A DNA stretch of 63,885 nucleotides, filler included, from Thermodesulfobacteriota bacterium (GCA_036381125.1; 7 parts of 7 records of this genome joined end to end with filler, not necessarily neighbours in it), one strand, 5' to 3'. Counted from the first letter of the whole stretch, positions 1 through 12,053 are shown. Notes: a model not told the origin generated them from the letters alone. Made by a program: numbers and translations.

Positions 1-301
1 TGACGCCTTCTGCCCGACCGTGACGCCGCCTTCGCCCCGCTTCCGCATCCTGCCGAGCTTCGATGACCCGATCGTCGAGCGCTACCGGCGCTTCCTCGAG
101 GCCAACGGGATCGGGATCGCCGGCATCGAGTTCATCGCCGACGCCGCCGGGGAGATCTACACGTACGACGTGAACACCAACACGAACTACAACGCCGCGG
201 CCGAAGCCGAGGCAGGCCGCGCCGGCACCCCCGGCGCCGGGATGCGGGCCATCGCCCGCTACCTCGGCGCCGAACTGACCTCCCGCTACGCCTGCGTCTG
301 A
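1..301 (+). CDS. ATP-grasp (RimK-like) ligase, C-terminal part (5' truncated)
   Basis: GIEFI...YTYDVNTNTNYN resembles the ATP-grasp metal-binding C-terminal motif; the frame is open to the window edge. Confidence 0.7.
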   Translation, partial: DAFCPTVTPPSPRFRILPSFDDPIVERYRRFLEANGIGIAGIEFIADAAGEIYTYDVNTNTNYNAAAEAEAGRAGTPGAGMRAIARYLGAELTSRYACV

Positions 302-307
302 CGAGGC

Positions 308-452
308 GGGGTCAGGTCTTGACGTTTTCCTGCCCGATCGCGTTCGGCCCTTGAGGTTTTCCGGACACTTACCGGAGTGGTCGCGGCCGAACCCCAATGT
401 TTTTCGGTACTTTCGCGGGCCGGAGGCGTGGAAAATGGAAAGACCTGACCCC
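308..452. repeat. REPIN/MITE-like element with 23-nt inverted arms
   Basis: GGGGTCAGGTCTTgacgTTTTCC (308-330) and GGAAAAtggaAAGACCTGACCCC (430-452); internal inverted pairs gttcggcc/ggccgaac and tccgg/ccgga; lies between convergent genes. Confidence 0.8.
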
Positions 453-460
453 CTGGACGT

Positions 461-997
461 TCACGAGAGGAGGTCGCGGAGGGCGAGGCCGACCTCGCCG
501 TGCGCGTGGCGCGGGAAGTGGACCTGGCGCATGTACGTGAGCGCGCCGGCATGCCGGGGGAAGTCGGCCGCCAGGGCGCCGAAGAGCACGGCCCCCGGCC
601 GGTAGCGGGCCCGGTCGTGCTCGAAGACGCTCCGGTAAGCCCGCCGCCCCTGCTCGTGGAAGTAGTCGAGCCCTCCCCGGCGGGCCACGTACTCGGGGAA
701 GAGGCCGGACATGAAGAGGGCGTAGTCGCCGATGTGGCGGCGGATCTCCCGCTCGCGCTCGGGGTGCGAGGCGACCCCGGGCTCGAGGCGGCCGATCTCG
801 AGGAGCATCTCAACGATCGTGTCGATCCGGCGACCGCCGGGGTCGCGCAGCCGGTAGAGCCCGTCGGTCCGCGCGAACCGGACGAGGAGGTCGGCCACGT
901 ACCCGGCGAGCGTCTCGTCGCGGATGCCCAGCTCCCCGTACGCCTCGCGCGTCACCCCGTGGAAGAACCGCGTCAACGCGTCCGCGTTCCGCCGCAC
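461..997 (-). CDS. conserved hypothetical protein (178 aa)
   Basis: C-terminal part of ORF 461..1762; GTG at 997 preceded by GGAGGT; globular sequence with RHIGDYALFMSGLFPE...LDYF...GRRAY. Confidence 0.8.
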   Translation of the reverse strand: MRRNADALTRFFHGVTREAYGELGIRDETLAGYVADLLVRFARTDGLYRLRDPGGRRIDTIVEMLLEIGRLEPGVASHPEREREIRRHIGDYALFMSGLFPEYVARRGGLDYFHEQGRRAYRSVFEHDRARYRPGAVLFGALAADFPRHAGALTYMRQVHFPRHAHGEVGLALRDLLS

Positions 998-1746
998 AGC
1001 TTCACCTCCATGAACACGCACCGGCGGCACTTGCTCGGGTTGTCGGCAAGCCGCGCGGGCCGCCGTCCCTTCCAGAACGCCACCGCCCAGCCGAGCCGCC
1101 TCGCCGCCTCCGCCGCGTCGTAGGGGAAGAGGGAGAGCGTGCCGCCCGCCACCGCCTCGGGCGCCGCCGTCACGTCCGGCCCACCCGGCCTCCGGCGCGC
1201 CGCCAGGTGGGACGCGTGGGCGGCGCACACCGCGTAGTCCGCCTCCGCGAGCGCCGCGGGCCTCGCCCCCGGCGGGAGCATCAGCACGCCGCAGACGAGC
1301 CGCGACACGTCGTACCCACCCTGGCCGAGCAGGAAGCCGTAGGCGAGGAGCTGGAGCCGGTGCGACGGGAACGGCCGCCGCCACGCGGAGAACTTGAACT
1401 CGAGCACGAGGTCGGCGGCCCGCCCCCTCAGGAAGACCGCGTCGGGCCGCCCGACGATTGGCACGCCGTCGACGTCGCCGCGGAACCGGTACTCGTGCAG
1501 GCGCACCGCCTCGCCCGCCCCGACGAGGGCGTCGAGGTCGGCCGGCGCGATCGGCTCGGCCGCGGCCGCGAGCGCCGCGTGCCCGGCCGTTCCGGCCTCG
1601 ATCTCGGCCGTGGGCCGCTCGACCTCCGGGAAGTCGAGCGCCAGGTCGACCTTGCGCTCGCAGTAGAGCTGCTCGGCGATGAGGTGGATCGGCACGGCGG
1701 TGAGTCCGTGCCGGAGGCGTGCGGGCGTGCGGGTCGGGTGCGTCAT
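973..1746 (-). CDS. solo Cas4/Exo5-like PD-(D/E)XK nuclease with 4Fe-4S cysteines
   Basis: N-terminal YCERK, GxxxH helix, GRPD...EFK, QLLAY motif, C-terminal FWKG..KCRRC-x7-C. Confidence 0.8.
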   Translation of the reverse strand: MTHPTRTPARLRHGLTAVPIHLIAEQLYCERKVDLALDFPEVERPTAEIEAGTAGHAALAAAAEPIAPADLDALVGAGEAVRLHEYRFRGDVDGVPIVGRPDAVFLRGRAADLVLEFKFSAWRRPFPSHRLQLLAYGFLLGQGGYDVSRLVCGVLMLPPGARPAALAEADYAVCAAHASHLAARRRPGGPDVTAAPEAVAGGTLSLFPYDAAEAARRLGWAVAFWKGRRPARLADNPSKCRRCVFMEVKLCGGTRTR

Positions 1747-1827
1747 GCGGTGCGCACACCATCGTAGCGCGGCCGGCCGTAGCGCGACCGGCGTCGCGGC
1801 GGCGGCGAGAGCCGTTACCATACGGGC

Positions 1828-2406
1828 ATGCGAAGGCTCGCTCTCGGCTTGCTCGCCGTGCTGCTCGCCGCCTGCATCCAGCTTCCGGTGCCGGTCCAGC
1901 CGCCCCGCTCGAAGGAGGCGCCCGAGCCGAAGCAGGACGCGCCCTACGTCGGGACGCCGCCCGCGGTCGTGGCGGCCATGCTCGACCTGGCCGAGGTCAC
2001 CGTGCGGGACGTGGTCTACGACCTCGGATCCGGCGACGGCCGCATCGTCATCGCGGCGGCGCGCGAGCGGGGGGCCCGCGGCGTCGGCGTGGAGATCGAC
2101 CCGGCCCTGGTCGCGACGAGCCGCCGCAACGCCGAGCGCGCGGGGGTGGCCGACCGCGTCCGCTTCGTCGAGCAGGACCTCTTCGACACCGACCTCGGCG
2201 AGGCGACGGTCGTGACCCTCTACCTCTCCCGCACGCTGAACACCCGCCTGATGCCCACCCTCCTGCGCGACCTCCGGGCCGGCGCCCGGATCGTGTCGCA
2301 CGACTTCGACATGCCGGGCTGGGCGCCGCGAGCGGTCCGCACCGTTCGCGGTCCGTACCGCGACCACCGCGTCTACCTCTGGATCGTCCCGCCGAAGTCC
2401 CGGTAG
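1828..2406 (+). CDS. class I SAM-dependent methyltransferase (putative lipoprotein)
   Basis: LAAC lipobox; PYVGTP, YDLGSGDGRI, ATVVTLYL, RIVSHDF. Confidence 0.88.
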   Translation: MRRLALGLLAVLLAACIQLPVPVQPPRSKEAPEPKQDAPYVGTPPAVVAAMLDLAEVTVRDVVYDLGSGDGRIVIAAARERGARGVGVEIDPALVATSRRNAERAGVADRVRFVEQDLFDTDLGEATVVTLYLSRTLNTRLMPTLLRDLRAGARIVSHDFDMPGWAPRAVRTVRGPYRDHRVYLWIVPPKSR

Positions 2407-3098
2407 CGGACGCGCGCGACCAGCGGGAGGTGGTCCGAGGCCGCGCGCGCGAGCGGCGTGGCGTGGACCCACGCCGCGACGATCGCCCGGCGAGGGCTCG
2501 CCCAGATGCGGTCGAGCGCGAGCAGCGGCAGGACCGACGGGAAGGTGCGCCCGCGCGCCGAGGGGCCGAGGCGCGCCTCGAGGAGCCTGAGCGACCGGCT
2601 GAAGGGGTGCCACTCGTTCACGTCGCCGAGGAGCACGACCGGGTCGTCCGACTCGCCGATGCTCGCGAGGAGCCGCGACACCTGGTCGCGCCGCTCGGGA
2701 ATGCCCAGGCCGAGGTGCGTGACCACGACGCGCAGCAAGGCGCCGTCGAGGTCGAGGTCGGCGTCGATCGCCCCGCGCGGCTCGCGGCGCCCGACGGTGA
2801 GGTCGAGGTGGCGCAGGGCGCGGACGGGGTACCGGCTGAGGAGCCCGTTGCCGTAGTCGCCGTCGGGATCGACGATGGTCGGCCCGGCGAAGGAGGCCAG
2901 CCCGCTGCCGCCGGCCAGCATCTCGAGCTCGAGGGTGGGCCGGCCCCGGCGGACGCGGCGGTCCACCTCCTGCAACCCGACGACGTCGGCGCCGATCTCG
3001 CGAATGACCTCGGCGATCCGATCCGGCCTGAAGCGGCCGTCGACGCCGACGCAGCCGTGCACGTTGTAGGTGGCGGCGACGAGCTCGCCGTCAGCCAC
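2373..3098 (-). CDS. endonuclease/exonuclease/phosphatase (EEP, YbhP-like) hydrolase
   Basis: TYNVH, LQEVD, THLGL, GDVNEW, LDRIW, SDHLP. Confidence 0.9.
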   Translation of the reverse strand: MADGELVAATYNVHGCVGVDGRFRPDRIAEVIREIGADVVGLQEVDRRVRRGRPTLELEMLAGGSGLASFAGPTIVDPDGDYGNGLLSRYPVRALRHLDLTVGRREPRGAIDADLDLDGALLRVVVTHLGLGIPERRDQVSRLLASIGESDDPVVLLGDVNEWHPFSRSLRLLEARLGPSARGRTFPSVLPLLALDRIWASPRRAIVAAWVHATPLARAASDHLPLVARVRYRDFGGTIQR

Positions 3099-5268
3099 GG
3101 GTCGCGGGTGCGGTGCGCGCCCGCCTGGCGCGTCGGTCGTGGAGGCGCCGCCAGAACAGCCCCGCGACGACCACGAGAAGGGCCGCGCCGAACGAGACGA
3201 AGCTCGCCGTCCCCGGCTCCCGGAACGCGGCGCCGAGGCGGTCGCCGAGGATCGTGAGGACGAAGGTCCCCGGCGCCATGCCGATGAGCGTGCCGAAGAA
3301 GAAGTCGCGGAAGCGGACGCGGAGCGCGCCGGCCAGGAGGTCGATGATCGGCGAGGGGGCGACGGGCAGGAGCCTGACCGCGGCGACCGCCGTGATGCCG
3401 TGCTCCGCCAGCTTGCGGCTCGCCACGCTCACCCGCCGCCCGGCGAGCCGCCGCAGCGGCTCGTCTCCCACCACGCGGCCGATGCCGTAGAAGACCGACG
3501 CGCTCGTCAGGGCGGCCACGAGGGCGTAGACGAAGCCGCTCACGGGACCGAAGACCAGTCCGGTCGCCGGGATGAGCACCAGCACCGGGACGAGCACCGC
3601 GCTGGCCGCGACGAAGACGCCGATCACCGCGAGGAGCGCGAGCGGCGTCCCCTCGAGCCCTCGGGCCGCCTCGATCCAGCCGGACAGGTCGATCCGCTCG
3701 CCGCCCGGCAACGTCCGCGCGGCGAGGACCAGCAGCACGCCGACCGCGGCGGCCGCCGCCAGCAGCGACGGCCAGCGGCTCCAGGGCCGGCGGCCGCCGG
3801 TCCCCACGAGCCGCTCGGTGACGAGGTCGGCGCCGACGGGACGCTCGAGGTCGAGCAGCTCGCTGTCCGGGGCGACCTGGTCGGTCAGCACGTCGTGCCC
3901 GACCGGCATCGGCTCGAGCGTCCGGGGCCCGCCGCGGAGCGACTCGACGGCGAGCACCAGGGACCCCGTCGACGCGATCGCCTCGGCAACCGCGTCGCGC
4001 GAGACGCCGAGGTGCTCGGCGAGGAGACGGTCGCGCAGCCCCCCGATGACCGCGGCCACACGCGGGTCGCCGCAGGCCTCGAGCGCGAGGTCGCACTCGG
4101 TGTCGAGCCGCATCGACCGGTTGCTCGCGTTGGCCGACCCGACGCGCAGGATCTCGTCGTCCGCGACGAGGACCTTCGAGTGCACGTTCAGGCACGCGCC
4201 GTCCGCGAGGCCGTCCACGGCCGGGTAGTAGACGCGCAGGCGCCCGCGACCGTCGGCCCTCCTGAGTCGATCGAGGACGCGCTCCCGGGCGACGCCCATG
4301 GTCGCCTCCTCGAGCCACCCCGAGCAGCGCTGCGGGATCACGATGACCACCTCGGGCCCCTCGCGCTCCCCGAGCCGCTCGGCGAGCGCCGCCGCGATCC
4401 GGCCCGACGAGAGGTACTGGTTCTCGATGTAGATCCAGCGCCGGGCCGCGCGGATCGACTCGAGGTACAGCGCTTCCACCTCCAGGACCGCCGGCCGTCC
4501 CTGCCACTCGGGATCGGTCCGGGCGATCCCGACCACCGCGTCCGCGAGGTCGTGCGCAAGGCCGGGGGGCCAGGGATCGCTCCCGACGGCCGGAGGCTCG
4601 AGCGTCCTGCCCGTCGCCCGCCGCCACCGCTCCCGCGCCAGCTCGCCCAGCGCGGCGGCCGCCTCGCCCTCGACGATCACCTGGACGTCGTGGAACGGCC
4701 CGTAGAGCGCGCCGCCCGGGCGCGTGCGCCGCGGGTCGTCGGGACGGTGCTCGGGCGTGTCCCAGCGGACCGTCGTCAGGTCCAGGCCGCCGAGGAAAGC
4801 GACCCGGTCGTCCACGACGACGACCTTCTGGTGGTGCGAGCCGCCGGGCGGGTGCTGGTCGTCGAGCCGGAAGTGGAGCCGCCGGTGCGTACGCCAGTCG
4901 AGCTTGTAGACCGGGAACAGCTCGCGCTCGAAGGCGTAGATCATGGCGAAGTCCCAGTTGAGGACGTACACCTCGGGTCCGCCGGGCTGCGACACGACGG
5001 CGTTCAGGAACGCGCCCAGCTCGTCCGGCCAGGGCCCCCCGGCGGGCGCGTCGGGCGTGAGGCGGATCCGGCTGTTGATGTCCCAGGAGAGGATGAGGAC
5101 CGAGCGGCAGGCCCGCGCGACCGCCGACTTGAAGGCCGAGAAGTACGCCTGGCCGTCCACGAGGAAGGCGAGCCGGCTGGCGCGCACGCGGCGCCAGCAG
5201 GTCCGTCCCTCGACCAGCAGCGGTTCGGTCCGTTCGGCCGCCCTGCGCTCGATCCTGGTGCGCGCCAT
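3091..5268 (-). CDS. phospholipase D-family (two HKD) protein fused to VTT/TVP38 membrane domain
   Basis: HQKVVVVD and HSKVLVAD motifs, IENQY; hydrophobic C-terminus with VRLLPVAP...GTLIGMAPG; ATG 5268 with GGAGGG RBS. Confidence 0.9.
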   Translation of the reverse strand: MARTRIERRAAERTEPLLVEGRTCWRRVRASRLAFLVDGQAYFSAFKSAVARACRSVLILSWDINSRIRLTPDAPAGGPWPDELGAFLNAVVSQPGGPEVYVLNWDFAMIYAFERELFPVYKLDWRTHRRLHFRLDDQHPPGGSHHQKVVVVDDRVAFLGGLDLTTVRWDTPEHRPDDPRRTRPGGALYGPFHDVQVIVEGEAAAALGELARERWRRATGRTLEPPAVGSDPWPPGLAHDLADAVVGIARTDPEWQGRPAVLEVEALYLESIRAARRWIYIENQYLSSGRIAAALAERLGEREGPEVVIVIPQRCSGWLEEATMGVARERVLDRLRRADGRGRLRVYYPAVDGLADGACLNVHSKVLVADDEILRVGSANASNRSMRLDTECDLALEACGDPRVAAVIGGLRDRLLAEHLGVSRDAVAEAIASTGSLVLAVESLRGGPRTLEPMPVGHDVLTDQVAPDSELLDLERPVGADLVTERLVGTGGRRPWSRWPSLLAAAAAVGVLLVLAARTLPGGERIDLSGWIEAARGLEGTPLALLAVIGVFVAASAVLVPVLVLIPATGLVFGPVSGFVYALVAALTSASVFYGIGRVVGDEPLRRLAGRRVSVASRKLAEHGITAVAAVRLLPVAPSPIIDLLAGALRVRFRDFFFGTLIGMAPGTFVLTILGDRLGAAFREPGTASFVSFGAALLVVVAGLFWRRLHDRRARRARTAPATRG

Positions 5269-5336
5269 CCGCTGCCCTCCCGTGCGCCTCGCGGGCCGGC
5301 TCGGCTGCAAACGGAAGGCCACCGCCGGCAGACGGG

Positions 5337-6005
5337 CTACCCGGCCGGCTCGGGTCGGCCGCGCCGCCCGGGGCCGGGCCGCAACCGCCCCGCTTCGGGC
5401 AGCGTGCCCACGAGCACCTCGACGGCGCGGCGCATGAGGCCGAGGTCCATGCTGGGGGCGTCGGCGCCCGAGGCGGCGACCATCGCGGGCAGGAGCGGCA
5501 CGTGGACGAAGCCGACGCGGGTCGGGAGCCGCCGGGTCGCGACCGCGTGGAGCGTCGTGTAGAAGACCTGGTTGCAGAGATACGTGCCGGCCGTCCTCGA
5601 CAGGTAGGCGGGAATGCCGGCCGCCGCGAGCGCCGCGTGCATGGCGGCGTAGGGGAGCGTGCCGAGGTACGCGGCGGGCCCGTCCGGTACGCACGGTTCG
5701 CCGGCCGGCCGGTGACCTGCGTTGTCCGGAATCGGGTAGTCGAGCAGATTCACCGCCACCTGCTCGAGGGCGATCCGTGCCCGCCCCTCGGCGAGCCCGA
5801 GGTGCAGCACGGCCGCGGGGCGCAGCTCGTCGAGGAGGGCCAGCGCGTGGGCCGGCCCGTCGACCCGATGGACCGGCAGCACCGCCGCCCGGACCTGCCA
5901 GGCACCCAGCACGCGGCCCTCGAGGTCGCGCGCGAGCGTCTCGGTCGGGTTCACGGCATGGGCGCCGAAGCGCTCGAATCCGGTGAGGAGCAGCGTCGCG
6001 GGCAC
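5337..6005 (-). CDS. pcp: pyroglutamyl-peptidase I
   Basis: LLTGFERFG..NP, IALE, AGTYLCN, GFVHVP. Confidence 0.93.
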   Translation of the reverse strand: MPATLLLTGFERFGAHAVNPTETLARDLEGRVLGAWQVRAAVLPVHRVDGPAHALALLDELRPAAVLHLGLAEGRARIALEQVAVNLLDYPIPDNAGHRPAGEPCVPDGPAAYLGTLPYAAMHAALAAAGIPAYLSRTAGTYLCNQVFYTTLHAVATRRLPTRVGFVHVPLLPAMVAASGADAPSMDLGLMRRAVEVLVGTLPEAGRLRPGPGRRGRPEPAG

Positions 6006-6035
6006 GGGCGGACCCCCTCTGGGTTCTCTCTCCAA

Positions 6036-6084
6036 TAGACGAATCGTGGCGCGGTGTTAGAATAACTGTCGACCGTATACAGTT
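6036..6084 (+). promoter_or_regulatory. acnA sigma70-type promoter with downstream palindromic operator
   Basis: TAGACG-16-TAGAAT with extended TG (6055-6056), followed by AACTGT-cgaccgtat-ACAGTT. Confidence 0.55.
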
Positions 6085-6101
6085 TGCCAGGAGGCACCAG
6101 G

Positions 6102-8837
<2,736 letters not shown>

Positions 8838-8853
8838 CAGGGCCGCGCCCCCC

Positions 8854-8896
8854 GGGGGCAGGTCCCGACCAGAGTCAGCGGTCAGGACCTGCCCCC
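8854..8896. repeat. hairpin, variant of the REP-like family (possible terminator after acnA)
   Basis: GGGGGCAGGTCC...GGACCTGCCCCC stem, extended by GACC/GGTC. Confidence 0.6.
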
Positions 8897-9275
8897 AGGA
8901 GAGGCGATCCGTCGCCTCGGCGGCATCTGGTCGCGCCCTCCAGCAGCACTCCGGCATGCCGAGCCGGCAGGTGTGCCCGCCGCCCCCGTACCGGCCGGCG
9001 GTTCCTTGCATGCGCGCGAGCTGGTCGGCCCGCTCGCAGGCGGTGGAGGATCCATTGCACCACTGCGACGCCCCCACCGAGCGTGCGTCCCGTCTCGCGC
9101 CCGATGACCCGCCCTTCGATCGGGTCGGCGACATGGAACAACGGCTCCCCGAGTGCGCCGAACCGGGACGCGATCGGCCACACGAGCACCGGCACCGCCG
9201 TCCGGAGCGCGAGCCGGCGGAGGCCGCGGCGGCTCCCCCGCTCCGCCGGCGGCATCCCCGTGCGGTCCGCTTCGC

Positions 9276-9976
9276 CTGGAACCCCTCGAGCTTCCACAGC
9301 CCCTCCGCATCGAGGCCGAAGTCGAGCAGGTAGAGGCGCGTCTCGCCACCCTGGATTCGGCTGAGCACGTGCGTGGCGCGCTCGCTTGCAGCCGCGCATC
9401 CGACACCGCGCGTTTGGTGCGACCGGTATCATCGTCGTGTCGACATCATGCACCTCACCGTCGCCGCCGCGGGTGATCCGTCGGCTCGGCCGCGACGCCG
9501 TTCATGTCGACGGCGGCGGCGCTGTCGCTCACGAGCCCGGCGATCGTGATGGGCGAGCAGTTGACGACGAAGGGAGCTCGGTCGCACGATCACCGGACAG
9601 GCGTGGACGAGGGCACGGTCGCCGGTCCCATCGACCGTGGCGACCATGTCGTTCACGAGGACGGTCGCCCGCGCGTCCGTCACCTCTCCCATCACCGGGA
9701 AGAGGGGCGACTCGAGGACGGCACCCTCGACCGGCGTGAGGACCGTTCCTGCCCTTCGAGGGTGTACTGGATGACGTCCTGCCGCGTCCCGACCCAGACG
9801 ACGCCTCGCGTCTGGTCGACGGCGATGTCCTCGAGGTGCTGGACGGGGATCTCGAGCCGGTGTCGGCCTGCCGGGCCGACCACCTCGATGACCGTCTTCC
9901 GCTCACCGACCCAGAGGCTCTGCTGGGCCGCGGCCTCTACCGACACGACCAGCGTCGCCAGCACGGCGATGCCCAT
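9276..9976 (-). pseudogene. decayed remnant of a large secreted Ig-like repeat protein
   Basis: fragments in different frames: signal peptide plus propeller-like start (MGIAVLA...DIAVDQTRGVVWVG), Ig-like GEVTDARATVLVNDMVATVDG and VVNCSPITIAGLVSDSAAAVDMNGVAA, and a terminal-looking SRIQGGETRLYLLDFGLDAEGLWKLEGF. Confidence 0.5.
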
Positions 9977-10026
9977 CGTCTGGCAGGCGAGGACCCGTGG
10001 CGGGCAGGCGTGCGGCGAGCGGCTGG

Positions 10027-11379
10027 CTAGCCGGGGAGCCGCATCTCGAAGACGGCCCCGCCGCCCGGCCGGTCGGCGACCGTCACGGACCCGCCGTGGG
10101 CGCGGGCCGTCTCCATGACGATGGCCAGGCCGAGGCCGGCCCCTCCCGGCTTCGCGTCCTTGCCTCTCACGAAGCGGCGGAAGATCGCCTCCCGATCGGC
10201 CGGCGGGACGCCTGGACCCTCGTCCTTTACTCGCACCGTCCCGTCGGCCGAGACTTCCACCTCGACTCCGCCGGGCGCGGGGGTGTGCACGAGGGCGTTC
10301 TCGAGGAGGTTCTCGATCGCCACGAGGAGCGCAGGCCGGTTGCCGCGCACCCACACCGGCCCCGGCTCGCCGGTCAGTCCGAGCGCGCGCCCCTCGCGGA
10401 TCGCGAGCGGCGCGAGGGCGCCGAGCGCCTCGACCGCGATCTGTCGCAGATCCACGGGCTGGGAAACGTCCAGGGGGCCTGCGTCGAGGCGGCCGGCCCG
10501 CAGGAGCTGCTCGGCGAGGCGGTTGAGCCGTGCGGCGTCGCGCCTCAGCCCGTCGCTCGCAGGCCCGTCGAGACTGTCGATGCGCGCGGTCAGCACGGCG
10601 AGCGGCGTGCGCAGCTCGTGCGCCGCCTCCGCCATGAACCGGCGCTCCCGATCGAGGCCCGCCTGGAGCCGCGAGAGCGCGTGGTTGACCGCGCTGACGA
10701 GCGGGCGGACCTCGCGCGGCAGCCCGCCCTCCGGCAGCCTCGCGTCCAGCGTCTCGGGGCCGATGCGCGCCGCCTGCTCCGAGAGCCGCACGACCGGAGC
10801 GAGGCTCGTGCGGATGGTCATGACGCCGACCCACAGCGCGATCGCGACCACCGGCGCCATCCAGAGCAGGCCGACCTCCATGAACTCCTCGACCAGCGAA
10901 TCGGCCAGGACGTCGTCGTGGAACCAGCCCTGCGCAACCGCGATGCGGTAGCCGCCCTGCGCCTCCACGACGTACCCGAACATCGGGTCCCCGCGGCCGG
11001 CCTGGGGTCCGATCCGAAAGAAGGTCCGGTCGCGCTCCAGCGGGTGATGGCTCTCGAAGAGCGCCGGCGCGTCGCCGGCCGATGCGTGGACCGGGCGCCC
11101 GCGCGGGTCGTACACCACGTAGGCGAAGGCGCCGTCCCGGCGGCCGTAGGCCTCTGCCAGCGGGGCGGGCAGGTCGAGCACCGACGTGCCGTCGGGGTGC
11201 ACGGCGAGGTGCCTGGCGATGTCGCTCGCCTGGTCCTGCAGCGCCCGGTCGAGGAGCGTGTCGTTCGTGCTGGCGACCTTCCAGAAGAACCCGGCCACCG
11301 CCAGCACGATCGCAACGGTGAAGATGGCGGTGAGCCGCCAGGCCAGGCGGCCCTCGATGGAGACCGGCCGACCGCTCAC
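10027..11379 (-). CDS. sensor histidine kinase (QseC/PmrB-like)
   Basis: two TM segments, HAMP, AAHELRTPL, NLLENA, DEGPG, GAGLGL; GTGA overlap with the regulator. Confidence 0.92.
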   Translation of the reverse strand: MSGRPVSIEGRLAWRLTAIFTVAIVLAVAGFFWKVASTNDTLLDRALQDQASDIARHLAVHPDGTSVLDLPAPLAEAYGRRDGAFAYVVYDPRGRPVHASAGDAPALFESHHPLERDRTFFRIGPQAGRGDPMFGYVVEAQGGYRIAVAQGWFHDDVLADSLVEEFMEVGLLWMAPVVAIALWVGVMTIRTSLAPVVRLSEQAARIGPETLDARLPEGGLPREVRPLVSAVNHALSRLQAGLDRERRFMAEAAHELRTPLAVLTARIDSLDGPASDGLRRDAARLNRLAEQLLRAGRLDAGPLDVSQPVDLRQIAVEALGALAPLAIREGRALGLTGEPGPVWVRGNRPALLVAIENLLENALVHTPAPGGVEVEVSADGTVRVKDEGPGVPPADREAIFRRFVRGKDAKPGGAGLGLAIVMETARAHGGSVTVADRPGGGAVFEMRLPG

Positions 11380-12053
11380 GAGGCGCCCGCGTCGAGCATG
11401 TACCCCACCCCGCGGAGCGTGTGGATCTCGATCGTCGCCCCCGCCTCGGCGAGCCGCCTGCGCAGGCGATGTACGCTCACCTCGACGGCGTTCGACCCGA
11501 CCGGCTCGTCGAAGCTGTAGAGGTGCTCCTCGATCGATTCCTTGGCGACCACGCGCCCGGCGCGCCTGAGGAGCATCTCGAGAAGGGCCATCTCCCTGCG
11601 GGTGAACGGCACCGGGCGATTGCCGATCAGCACCTCGCGGTGCGTCACGTCGAAGGTCACGTTGCCGGCCTCGATCCGGAGCGGGGCGCCGCCGCGCGGC
11701 CGGCGGAGCACCACCTTTACCCGCGCGATCAGCTCGTCCATGTGGAACGGCTTGAGGAGGTAGTCCTCCGCCCCGGCGTCGAGGCCGGCGACCCGGTTTT
11801 CGACCGCGTCGCGGGCCGTCACGATGAGGACCGGCGGCGGATCGGGGCGCTCGCGCAGGGCGGCGAGGAGCGCCAGCCCGTCCCCGTCCGGCAGCCCGAG
11901 GTCGAGGACGACGGCGTCGTACGCCACGGCGGACAGGGCCGCCTGCGCCTCGTCGAGCCGCCCGACGGCGTCGGCCGCAAAGCCGGCCCTCCGGAGTGCC
12001 GCCGCGACGAGCGAGCCGAGCTCGGCCTCGTCCTCCACCACGAGCACGCGCAT
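11376..12053 (-). CDS. OmpR-family response regulator (QseB/PmrA-like)
   Basis: VLVVEDE, LDLGLPDGDG, TARD, KPF, NAVEVSVHRLRRRL, TLRGVGY. Confidence 0.93.
   Translation of the reverse strand: MRVLVVEDEAELGSLVAAALRRAGFAADAVGRLDEAQAALSAVAYDAVVLDLGLPDGDGLALLAALRERPDPPPVLIVTARDAVENRVAGLDAGAEDYLLKPFHMDELIARVKVVLRRPRGGAPLRIEAGNVTFDVTHREVLIGNRPVPFTRREMALLEMLLRRAGRVVAKESIEEHLYSFDEPVGSNAVEVSVHRLRRRLAEAGATIEIHTLRGVGYMLDAGAS

Noticed and set aside
973-1746. CRISPR-Cas adaptation module
   Set aside because: No cas1, cas2, effector genes or array on the contig; treated as a solo nuclease.
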